Shown: in pieces, positions 55,567 to 64,000 of the stretch
Layout of the letters: every line of letters starts with the position of its first letter
Position numbering within the stretch: position 1 is the stretch's first letter
Source: Polyangiaceae bacterium
GTDB taxonomy: Bacteria; Myxococcota_A; Polyangia; Polyangiales; Polyangiaceae
DNA: 64,000 bases
Direction of reading: 5' to 3'
NCBI GenBank assembly: GCA_965222375.1
Contig: CBDCTZ010000015.1
Span: forward strand, 160,001 to 224,000
The notes under the pieces: generated by a model
Told to the model about the DNA's origin: nothing
Database searches by the model: none
The model's input: only the letters and a program-made list of their open reading frames with translations
Made by a program: the position numbers and the translations under genes

Positions 55567-55663
55567 GTCTGCTGGGTTTGGGGGGTCGTACCCCTTCGGG
55601 TATCACGAAGCGCGTCGTCGCTGCCGCAATCCGGGCCACGACTCTCGCGGGGGGCCAGGCAGG
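55567..55663 (+). repeat. dispersed bipartite intergenic motif, copy D (spacer 27 nt longer)
   Basis: GTCTGCTGGGTTTGGGGGGTCG...GGGCCACGACTCTC-N7-GCCAGGCAGG. Confidence 0.6.
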
Positions 55664-55677
55664 TGCTACTGTGCCTC

Positions 55678-57552
55678 ATGACCAGCGCGCGCGGGGCCTG
55701 CGGCGTGATCGCCGCATTGTTGCTGCTTAGCAGCGGCGTGGATGCACAAACCCTGGTGCCCGGACCCACGGAACCGAACCACGACGCCGCCTTGCTTCAG
55801 AAGATGGACGGCTACGAGCGTCAGGTGCACGGCATCTTGTCCGTGCCGTTGGGCTGGGGCCTGGAGGCATTCGTTCCGCAGAATCAACGCAGCGTGGTGG
55901 AGACCTTCATCAGCTCTGGCCAGTCGGACTTCAAGGCCGCAACGGGAAAGCATCCCTACGAGATCCTGAGCGACTACGGCGAATACGGTGATCTCGGCAT
56001 GTTCGGGGGCGTGCAAGCCGCTGGAGACGCCTATCGCTACATGGTGCTGCGAGACACTGGGGCGCCGGCCGCCGAGGTGGACGCCGCGCGAACCCACCTG
56101 ATCAAAATGATGCAGGGCTTGCACTGGTATCATCAGATCACGGGCGTTCCTGGGGTCGTCGTGCGCGGGCTCAAACGCATCACGCCGGAGCCAGGCAACC
56201 CGCCGTTGCCGGGGACGCCTCCCCAAACGGTTCCGCTATTCGACGGAAGCGGCAATCCGCAACCCGCTAAGAAGGAACCGACTTGGCGAGCCGATCAATC
56301 TGGTGAGCTGCCTTTCTTGATCTGGCTCGACGACACCTCGAAAGACCAAGTTGACGGTTGGGTCTATGCCCTGGGCGCAGCCTACGACGCAGCTAAAGGC
56401 GATCCCACGATCCCAGACAGCGTGCTGCAGCCGCTTATCGATGACGCCCGCGCAGTGGGTCACAAGTGGATGGAGAAGCACACCTTCATCAACAAAGAGA
56501 CGGACCTTGTGATCGTGGACGCGGACGGCCGCCCGACGACCTTTCACGATTTGAGTGCCGAAGAGGTCAGCGCAGGACTCATTTTAGATACTCCGGTCAA
56601 CGGCTTCAACGCGATCATGAGCCTGGGCATGATGCGCACCTTCTTTCACATGACCGGCGACGAGAAGATCGGGCGCTTCTACTACGAAGAGCTGATCGGC
56701 CGCCGGAACTATCTGCAAGTGGCGGAAGACAGCGTCAACCTGATCTACTTGAAAGAGCAGACGAACTACTCGAACGTGAACATGGCCTTCGTCGCGGCCT
56801 ATGGCTTGCTGCGGTACGAGACGGACCCGGCGCTTGCAGCCCATGTGCGACGGATCCTCGAGAACAAGCTGTACGCACCGGACGTCTCGAGGCAGGCGAA
56901 GGGCCTGAAGCAGAGCTTCTTCGACTTCATCTACGCCGGCTTCCGCACCGAAGGCACCAAGGGGCCCGGGGGCCAAGCCATTGCGGACGGCTTGGAAACG
57001 TTGCAGGAGCTTCGCTCCGCGCCGTATTGGAATGACGCCGTGGAAAACTGCGATGCCGCGGAAACAGCTGCCCTTTCCTGCAAGGGCATCGACGGTACGC
57101 CCATCACGCTTTCGCCCAAGCCGGGCCGGGGTGATTCGCTGGTCGCGACTGAGCCACTGCCCCTGCGCATCCGCCCGCCGAGTAACTTCGAGTGGCGTTC
57201 GGATCCCCACACCGTCAACGGCGGCGGCGGCACCCGACTGAACCCCGGCGCCGAACTGCTCACCGCCTACTGGCTCGGCCGCCTGCTGCGCGCCGGTGAC
57301 CTCGGTGTCGGGAACATCTCGCCTCACGCTCGACCCAAAGACGCCGGCTGGGGTGGCAGCTCTGGCGACGGAGGCGCTGGCGGCAACGCGGGCGCAGGTG
57401 GCACGAGCACAGCGCCAGATGAAGACGAAGGCGGCTGCGGCTGCCGCACCGTCCCGAGCAACAGCAACACAGCCGCCCTGCTCAGTTGTCTGCTGCTGTT
57501 GGCGGCAACTAGGCGACGGCGGCCCGGGCGTCACGCCCTCAAGAGTTGCTGA
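55678..57552 (+). CDS. secreted protein with MYXO-CTERM sorting signal
   Basis: Signal peptide; DDTSKDQ motif; C-terminal GGCGCR...AALLSCLLLLAATRRRR. Confidence 0.8.
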   Translation: MTSARGACGVIAALLLLSSGVDAQTLVPGPTEPNHDAALLQKMDGYERQVHGILSVPLGWGLEAFVPQNQRSVVETFISSGQSDFKAATGKHPYEILSDYGEYGDLGMFGGVQAAGDAYRYMVLRDTGAPAAEVDAARTHLIKMMQGLHWYHQITGVPGVVVRGLKRITPEPGNPPLPGTPPQTVPLFDGSGNPQPAKKEPTWRADQSGELPFLIWLDDTSKDQVDGWVYALGAAYDAAKGDPTIPDSVLQPLIDDARAVGHKWMEKHTFINKETDLVIVDADGRPTTFHDLSAEEVSAGLILDTPVNGFNAIMSLGMMRTFFHMTGDEKIGRFYYEELIGRRNYLQVAEDSVNLIYLKEQTNYSNVNMAFVAAYGLLRYETDPALAAHVRRILENKLYAPDVSRQAKGLKQSFFDFIYAGFRTEGTKGPGGQAIADGLETLQELRSAPYWNDAVENCDAAETAALSCKGIDGTPITLSPKPGRGDSLVATEPLPLRIRPPSNFEWRSDPHTVNGGGGTRLNPGAELLTAYWLGRLLRAGDLGVGNISPHARPKDAGWGGSSGDGGAGGNAGAGGTSTAPDEDEGGCGCRTVPSNSNTAALLSCLLLLAATRRRRPGRHALKSC

Positions 57553-57559
57553 ACGCGCC

Positions 57560-58957
57560 TCAGATTTCCTCGTCGGCAAACCGCGGCAACAACAGGCGAT
57601 CCTCTGGCACGACTGTGACCACCCCGCGGAGTGACACCGTCACGTAGTGCGGCAAAAAGCGGGTGACCCCTTGCCATTGTCGTTTCGCGTCGACTCGACT
57701 GAGTCGCAAGCCGTTCCAGCGTAGGCCCTCCGCGTAGCTGCCGGCTTCACGAGCTGGGACACGGGACAGTAGGTCCTTCAGGCAGTCGTGTTTGTAATTC
57801 GTTTTCCAAGCGCTTTTCTCGGGTGAGCCCACGGCCGTGCCGTCAGGCATTCGAGTCACTTGCGTAGCGACTTCGCTTTCCAGCTTCAGCAGCCTGGCAG
57901 GCGTCCATTCGTAGGTCGCTGTAGTCGACGTCGTCCTCGTGCGGCCCCCGGCAAGAATGGGTGACTTGCTGAGTGTGACGACCGACAACAGTTCGCCAGA
58001 GTGTCCGTAGCTATACTTGGACTTGCCTGCTGAGAGGACCCCGCCCCAGGCGTTCCGCTTCGGGTGCCTGGGACCGAACCGGAAGCCTCTTGCGTCATAC
58101 GACTTCGCCGCGTACTCCGGCAGCCCAGCTCCACCCACAGGATCCCCGGACTTTATCTCCGACGCGAGCGTCGCCACGAACCCTTTCGTGCCGTAGGTCA
58201 GGCACGATTCGTACACGCCGTGCTTCGACTTGTGCGAGACGCATCCAAGGCGACCGTCCTTCAAATAGGCAAACGTGTGTTTGGCAAAGAACCGACCTTT
58301 GTTCGAGGTGTCGACGCGCGTGAGCCGCCCTTTGGCGTCGTAGTGGTAGCGAACGGTCAGGTCCTCCGCATCGTTCTTGGTGTGGAGCCTGGCCAAACGC
58401 CCGCGCGCGTAGTGCCATTGGGTGGTTCTCAGCGCCCCGCAGCTCTCCAACTCGAAGCAGGGTCCGTCCAGCTGCTTGATCGGCCGACCGTCGCTGTAGT
58501 CGGTCTCCACTCCGAAGACTCCGCTGTGGTAGCGCCGGCGGGCGATCTTGCCGCTGGCGTATTTGCGAATGTCGTGGCCCTTTCCCCGGATACTCTGCAG
58601 CACCCCTTGGCCATCGAACTCGATGGCAACACTCCCGTCCCAACCGCAACTGGGGACCCAACCCTCCGAGGTGACCAGACGTGAGCCGACGCCGGTAGGA
58701 TTGCAGATCTTGCACACGCCCCAGCCCGCCGGGCACGACGCGGCATAGAACTCGGGCGGCTCGCAAGTCTTCGCTGGCGGCTTCTCCGGCGCGGCGGCCG
58801 ACGCCTCCGGCCGCGCCTGAGAGGCCAACGGTTGCGAGGCTGTGGGCTCAGCGCTCGCGGGTGCGGGACGGCTAGCCCGCGCGCTTGGCGGCGTCGAACC
58901 GCAACCTGCCGCCAACACGCCGACGCACATGATTCTCGTGTTGACTATGAATCGCAC
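57560..58957 (-). CDS. lipoprotein with YD/RHS-like beta-hairpin repeats
   Basis: LAAGC lipobox; YHYDAKGRLTR, YLKDGRL, YGHSGELL; start may be ATG at 58930. Confidence 0.65.
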   Translation of the reverse strand: MRFIVNTRIMCVGVLAAGCGSTPPSARASRPAPASAEPTASQPLASQARPEASAAAPEKPPAKTCEPPEFYAASCPAGWGVCKICNPTGVGSRLVTSEGWVPSCGWDGSVAIEFDGQGVLQSIRGKGHDIRKYASGKIARRRYHSGVFGVETDYSDGRPIKQLDGPCFELESCGALRTTQWHYARGRLARLHTKNDAEDLTVRYHYDAKGRLTRVDTSNKGRFFAKHTFAYLKDGRLGCVSHKSKHGVYESCLTYGTKGFVATLASEIKSGDPVGGAGLPEYAAKSYDARGFRFGPRHPKRNAWGGVLSAGKSKYSYGHSGELLSVVTLSKSPILAGGRTRTTSTTATYEWTPARLLKLESEVATQVTRMPDGTAVGSPEKSAWKTNYKHDCLKDLLSRVPAREAGSYAEGLRWNGLRLSRVDAKRQWQGVTRFLPHYVTVSLRGVVTVVPEDRLLLPRFADEEI

Positions 58958-59001
58958 GCCGCACGGTATCGCCAGGCGCTCAGACGCGCAAGGCGCCGCG
59001 C

Positions 59002-59400
59002 TTACTCCTTCGTACAGCTAATACCCATCTGCACGCCGCAGCCGTCGCCGTCGTTGCAGACATTGGGCTCGTAGTGGTGACTGTGTAGACCTGACTTTAG
59101 CTCGGACCAGGTGGCATCGCTCGCGGACACCCAACTGGATATCTCTTTCGTCTCGAGCTTCATGCGCCCTGCGTGCCCGCGCGACATGCACCCACAATCG
59201 AACCTTCAGCCCCCGGGTAGCATTCCCGAGTGCTCCCTGCCGTGCACTGGCATCCCTCGTCGACCACGCCGTCGCCGTTGTCATCGAAGCCGTTGCAGAC
59301 TTCGCCACCGCTGCTTGCGCCCCCTGAACCCGGGTTAACATTGATCGTCCCGGGGTCGCCGCCCGAGCCGCCCGTGCCGCTAGGTGTGGGGTTGTTTTGA
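59002..59400 (-). pseudogene. collapsed MopE-related/metal-binding-repeat protein
   Basis: EVCNGFDDNGDGVVDEGC...CYPG...GACRAGTQ then stop; a C-terminal piece in another frame ends CGVQMGISCTKE*. Confidence 0.6.
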
Positions 59401-59659
59401 GCCGCCGAAGACTGAAGAATGTTTCGCGGCGGCGTCGCTGCTAGTTTCATGCTCCAGGGTTGGCGACAGGCATGCTGCTGCAGCAGGAGGCCTGTTCACG
59501 GCCGTTTTCTCAGCTGCGCGCCCAAGTCGACGCAGCACAAACCCCAAATGCTAGCCGAGCGTCCGGACGCGAAACGCCAGTGAATCCGGACGCAACACTC
59601 GCCCGAGAGGGCCGCGCTGGACTTTTCCAGTCTGGCTCCAGGGCGGAGACTGGCGCACG

Positions 59660-61609
59660 CTACTCCTTGAGCAGTTGTTGCACCAGCGCGTCCGTCTCCT
59701 CGACGTTGAACGAGTTTCGGATCGCGCGGATGGTCGAGTCCTTACCGATGATCACATCACGTGGGTACGGATAGCCAACGCCCTGGGGGAAATCCAAAGA
59801 GCCCAGGGTGCCGGTTTCATCCCGCAAGATCGGGAAAGTGACGCCAGTTTGCTTGATGAAGTCTGCCACCTGGCTGGGGCTGTCGCCGGGGTGCAAGCCG
59901 AACACGAGCACGTCTTGGTTCTTGTATTTCTTCCAGATGTTTTCGTCTATGTCTGGCAACTCCAGACCGCAGATGGGTCAGAAGAGGGCAAAGTACGCGA
60001 GCACCACGACTTTGCCTTTAAGGGCCGCCACTTGTTTGGCGCCGCTGGGATCTAGAAAACCAAAGTCGCTGGTCAGGCTGTCGCCAACGCCCAATCCGAA
60101 ATTCCCACCCACGGCGATGGGAATGGATAGCAAGGACTCGAAGGGGTCCGGGTCGTTGGTTTGCATGGTGAGGTTCGCCTGCAAACCGACGCTCAGATTC
60201 TGGGCTGTCAGCTGGAAGAAGTCGCTCTTGCTGGGCGCGATCTCCAAGTTCGAGACGTCGAAGGAAAAGCCCGCCTCGTCCACGGCGAAGTTGCCAGCGA
60301 GCAGCGGCAACAGCCCACGGTTGTGTAGTACCACGGCGCGTGCGGTCGGCTTGTTCGCTTCCAGGGTGAAGATGTCTTCCTTGAGGGTGACGTCCGGCGC
60401 GACGTAGCCGGGGCGGTAGCGCATGACGTGCAAGCCTTCCCACTCGCCGGTCATGACCAAGTCGCCCTGGATGGCGATTCCGAGGTCTTGCTCGAACTTC
60501 CTGCGGGTGCGCTCGGTGGCAATCAACGCCCAGGTCTTGGTCTCGTAGAGCGCGACATGACTCCACGCCGCCACGGCGAGCAGCTTGCCGTCGGCCTGCA
60601 CGGCCTGGGCGGAACCGTCCGTGGCAATGCTTTTCAGGTGAGCAAGCTGCACGGGATCCGTCGCGTCGAACACATCGACTCCGGAGCCACCCATGGCCAC
60701 GTAGACCCGATTGCCGTCCACGTCGACATCTCGAGTGGCGCTCAAGGTCTTCACGGAATTCACGATCTTGGGCTGCGCTGGCGTGCTGATGTCGACAACC
60801 TTCAGGCCCGCTTCTCCGTCTGCCACGTAGGCGTAGTTGCCTTGAATGTCGACCTTCCAGGCGTTGGTGAAACCGCTCAAGGTAGTGAGCAGCGTCGGCA
60901 CGCCGTCAGCGGCGGTTTGGTACACCCGAAGGCCACCGTCGTGTGCCGCGTTGTACAGGTGCCCCTGATGGTAGGCGAGGCCCTCGAAGAGCACGGCCGC
61001 GTCCTCTTTCATGTCGACCTCGGTCACCTTGCCACTCGTGTCGAGGTGGTACGTGCCCAGGAATGGCGTGGCGACCCAGGAGTCGCCATGGTGAGCCAGG
61101 TAGAAGACTCGCGACCCGTTGGGCAACGTTTCACCGATGCCAACGCGCTGACACCGCCCGGCGGCCTCGCCGACGTGCTTGGGCGCGGTGGGATCTTGCA
61201 GATCGTTGATCCGCACACCGAAGCCGCCGCACATGTAGACGTACCTGCCGTCGTACTCCATATCGACGACCTCGGAGCCCGTGCCTTCGCCGATCTTCTG
61301 CAGTGCATCGCCAGCGGCACAGCAGGTGTTGCCGAGGAAGGGCCCTTCCTTGGCGCACTCCGAGCCCGACGCACAAGCCAGGCAGGACAGATCCGGGCAG
61401 TCGGGACTGCCCAGCGCCGGGGTGCCACCGCCGCCCGTATTGCCGAAATTGCCGGTTCCGCCACTGCTCTGCGCACCGGTTCCAGCGGCGCCGCCGGATT
61501 GACCGGCGCTGCCACCGGTCCCCGGGCTGGACTTTTGCTCGCCTTCGCCATCGGAGCAACCGACGATGCTCGCCGCGACCAGAAGCGCAAACCCCGCCTT
61601 CTTCACCAT
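59660..61609 (-). CDS. putative selenoprotein lipoprotein: LVIVD repeats + Ig-like domain + TlpA/redoxin domain (UxxC), 649 aa
   Basis: In-frame TGA at 59978-59980 gives KGKVVVLAYFALF-U-PIC-GLELP; both ORF-track halves are in frame; hairpin follows the UGA. Confidence 0.88.
59946..59973 (-). promoter_or_regulatory. bacterial SECIS-like stem-loop
   Basis: mRNA UGA-cccaucugcg-GUCUGG-AGUUG-CCAGAC; perfect 6-bp upper stem, loop 16 nt after UGA with G at loop position 2; lower UCUG/UAGA pairing possible. Confidence 0.75.
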
Positions 61610-61749
61610 GATAGCCCCTACGCGCGGGGCGGCCGGGACGTTTCGCCCAGCCAAGCCCAACCCCGTAAATCCCAGTTTTTCCTAAAGAATCAATGACGCG
61701 CCGAAACAGTTGGAACCCGACGCGGCGGTGGTAGTCTCTGGGCAGTGCC

Positions 61750-62109
61750 ATGAGTGATGAACGCCGTCAGGCCCCCCGCCACACCGCCTATCTGGGCGCC
61801 GAGATCGACCTGGGCAACGGCCCGGTTCGAAGCGCCATCACCCACGACGGCAGCTCCAGCGGCCTATTGCTCCTGACCCGAGCCGAGTTGGAGGCAGACC
61901 AAGCGGTGACGATTCGCTGCTTCCTAGGCAAAGGCGAGCCGGTCATGCTCAGTGGCAAGGTCGTTCGCCAGGAGTCGCTGAGCGCAGAAGAAAACAGCCT
62001 GTGGCGTTCCAAGGTCGCGGTGCACCTCCAGGAAGAGAACGCGGAGCTGGCGCAACACTTCGAAGAGATTGGCGAGCGGCAGGCTGAAACCTACGGCGAG
62101 AAGAACTGA
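61750..62109 (+). CDS. PilZ-domain protein
   Basis: ERRQAPR (RxxxR) and DGSSSG (DxSxxG). Confidence 0.85.
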   Translation: MSDERRQAPRHTAYLGAEIDLGNGPVRSAITHDGSSSGLLLLTRAELEADQAVTIRCFLGKGEPVMLSGKVVRQESLSAEENSLWRSKVAVHLQEENAELAQHFEEIGERQAETYGEKN

Positions 62110-62113
62110 AACC

Positions 62114-62368
62114 ATGCATGTATCGGTCACAATTCAAGTGCATGGGCGGGAAGTTCCGGTCGACAAAGTCGCGGACCCAGGCGTCGTCTCCGCGTTGAAA
62201 GACCTCGGGCGGCAGGTCGAGGACAAGTTGAAGGACGTCACCTGTGAAGCACACGACAAGGCGCCCGGAAACGTCCGTGTGCACGTCGACGGGACCGGCA
62301 ATGCGGACATTCGCTACGACTCCTGCTGCGATGCCCTGAAGAGCCGCGTCGCCAAAGCACTGGCCTGA
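62114..62368 (+). CDS. small hypothetical protein
   Basis: CEAH...SCC possible metal ligands; follows pilZ-like gene. Confidence 0.6.
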   Translation: MHVSVTIQVHGREVPVDKVADPGVVSALKDLGRQVEDKLKDVTCEAHDKAPGNVRVHVDGTGNADIRYDSCCDALKSRVAKALA

Positions 62369-62386
62369 AGTTCGCCCCTCGAGGAG

Positions 62387-63214
62387 CTAACGCCCTTTGG
62401 CGCGGGCGCAGCGCGGATTGTTCAGCACGACCGTGACGCCCTGGTTGCTCGGGATCAGGCGATTCCAGAGCTTGGTGATGCCCTCGTGGCCCGTGAAGAT
62501 GTCTACGTGCTTGCCCTTGATCTTGAGGCCGCGATCCTGAGCGATGAAACAGCCATCGTGAAATGACGTCTGGCTGGCATCTCTGGGCATGCCGTCGACT
62601 TCTGGGATGTAAATCGTGGTGCCGAGTGGGATCACGCTGGAGTCTACGGCAACCGTGAGCAACGGCGTGATGGCCTTTCCAGATGCACCGCGTCCCCAGG
62701 GAAAGCGCTTGCGATCCAGCGGATCGAAACAGATCTTTTGCTTGGTACGCGGGCAGATCTGAGCGCATTCGCAATCGCGCTTGGCGAAGCTGACCGTCGT
62801 ACCCGTCGCCAAGGTGCCGCTGCCCTGCACGCACACTGCGTCGTGAAAACCTTTGGGTACTTGCTTGATGGTATTGCAGTTCTGATCTTTGAGCGCAACG
62901 CTAGGGCCCTTGTGGTCTCGCTCCGCGGGAAAGTCGTAGTACGTGTTACGAAACTTGCCGAGGATCTTGCCAACGATCTTCTTTGGCATGGCAGGGCGGC
63001 GGAGCGGGGGAACGCCCGAGATGCTCTTGGCGCCGGTGGGCTTGCTGGTCGGGCCTTGCTTCGGCGTGGACTTCGGGCTGGCGTTCGTGGGCGTCGCGTA
63101 AGCGTCGTTCCACTCTTCTTCGTCCTCGGGTCCGGTCAGAGGCTCGGCCATCCACGCCGAGCCGGCCGTGCCGCACCCCATCATCAGAATCCCGAGGGCA
63201 GCAAGGACCTTCAT
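62387..63214 (-). CDS. 3D-domain (MltA-like) lipoprotein
   Basis: VAVDSSVIPLG, AQDRGLKIKGKHVDIF (three Asp); lipobox MMGC. Confidence 0.88.
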   Translation of the reverse strand: MKVLAALGILMMGCGTAGSAWMAEPLTGPEDEEEWNDAYATPTNASPKSTPKQGPTSKPTGAKSISGVPPLRRPAMPKKIVGKILGKFRNTYYDFPAERDHKGPSVALKDQNCNTIKQVPKGFHDAVCVQGSGTLATGTTVSFAKRDCECAQICPRTKQKICFDPLDRKRFPWGRGASGKAITPLLTVAVDSSVIPLGTTIYIPEVDGMPRDASQTSFHDGCFIAQDRGLKIKGKHVDIFTGHEGITKLWNRLIPSNQGVTVVLNNPRCARAKGR

Positions 63215-63639
63215 GGACTATTCCCTTCTGCCTCGGCGACCCGTGCTCGCGCGGCGTCTGGATCGCAATCACCGTCAGCGTCGCGCGTCACCAACGGTTG
63301 GAGACTCAAGGTGTGTCGCTCCCAGTGCTCAATCACCGCTGGCGGTGCGCCCTCTTCTTCCAATACTTCTTTCAGAATCTGTAGCCGGCGCATGAACTGC
63401 CCGCCCATGATGGGGTGGCTGGCGTGGGCATCCTGAATCGGCTTGCCTGTGTAGGGGATCCCGGCGCCGAGGTGCCGTGCAGCAAACTCGTACTCTTTGA
63501 GTTTCAACCGCTGTGGGTCCACGCTGGTGAAGAAGAAGCCGATCATCGTGTCGGCCATGATTCGGTCCACGAAGCGGTCGATGATTTTTCTGAGAATCGG
63601 CTCGCCGCCGAGCTCGTCGAATAGGCTCTTTGGCGCCAT
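63211..63639 (-). CDS. group I truncated hemoglobin
   Basis: SLFDELGG, IGFFF, YTGKPIQDAH (proximal His). Confidence 0.85.
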   Translation of the reverse strand: MAPKSLFDELGGEPILRKIIDRFVDRIMADTMIGFFFTSVDPQRLKLKEYEFAARHLGAGIPYTGKPIQDAHASHPIMGGQFMRRLQILKEVLEEEGAPPAVIEHWERHTLSLQPLVTRDADGDCDPDAARARVAEAEGNSP

Positions 63640-63759
63640 GCGCCCTAACCTGGCCCCTCCCCACAGCAAACGCAAATTGTCTGCAAATCCGACAAAAATA
63701 ACTGAGATTGGCGGTTTATTGGCCAGCCCGGTGGTGGCGCGCTAGCCCTGGACCCGGAA

Positions 63760-64000
63760 ATGCTCCTGCAACGCTCTTCAGCACTCGGGTTGGTCGCCCT
63801 CTCTCTGGCTCTCGGGCCCGGCGCGAGCGATGCCGAAGCTCGCGGCAAGGCCAAGGCCGCGAAGGCAGAAACGACCAAGAGCTCCAAGTCCAAGAAGCCT
63901 TCCCGGAGCAGCAAGAAGGCCAAGGTCAGCAAGGATTCCAAGAAGAGCGCCAAGGCCAAGCGCAAGAAGAAGAAGAAGCGTTTTCGGGGCGTATGCCGGC
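63760..64000 (+). CDS. secreted Lys-rich protein, 3'-partial
   Basis: MLLQRSSALGLVALSLALG signal, K/S-rich stretch, open at the window edge. Confidence 0.55.
   Translation, partial: MLLQRSSALGLVALSLALGPGASDAEARGKAKAAKAETTKSSKSKKPSRSSKKAKVSKDSKKSAKAKRKKKKKRFRGVCR

Noticed and set aside
59160..59162. Second selenocysteine UGA
   Set aside because: Not in a redox motif; the downstream protein-like sequence is in a different frame and no hairpin is evident.

Overview
GC-rich 64-kb segment that most resembles a Polyangia-type myxobacterium, judged from Gly-linker lipoproteins, a MYXO-CTERM protein, a Ser/Thr kinase-PEGA pair and an ECF sigma/anti-sigma module. Recognisable genes include ruvC, lolA, a DUF3516 DEAH helicase, an L,D-transpeptidase, a Leu dehydrogenase, a TetR-P450 pair, a glucokinase/debranching enzyme/GH63 operon, a 3D-domain protein and a truncated globin, interspersed with many orphan secreted proteins. 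Main observations: (1) the ORF track splits a probable selenoprotein in two; it is a 649-aa lipoprotein (59660-61609, minus) with LVIVD repeats, an Ig-like domain and a redoxin domain whose UxxC site is an in-frame UGA followed by a bacterial SECIS-like hairpin; (2) a decayed defence island (about 19.3-25.9 kb) holds a GIY-YIG protein, a nuclease-degenerate and internally deleted MmeI-like enzyme, RhuM, a zinc-ribbon SF2 helicase and a PD-(D/E)XK nuclease; (3) a dispersed bipartite intergenic motif has a fixed 24-nt spacer in three of its four full copies; (4) many genes are collapsed by internal deletions, including a group II intron RT and relics of neighbouring paralogs. No rRNA, tRNA or CRISPR array was recognised. 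All calls were made by eye without database searches.
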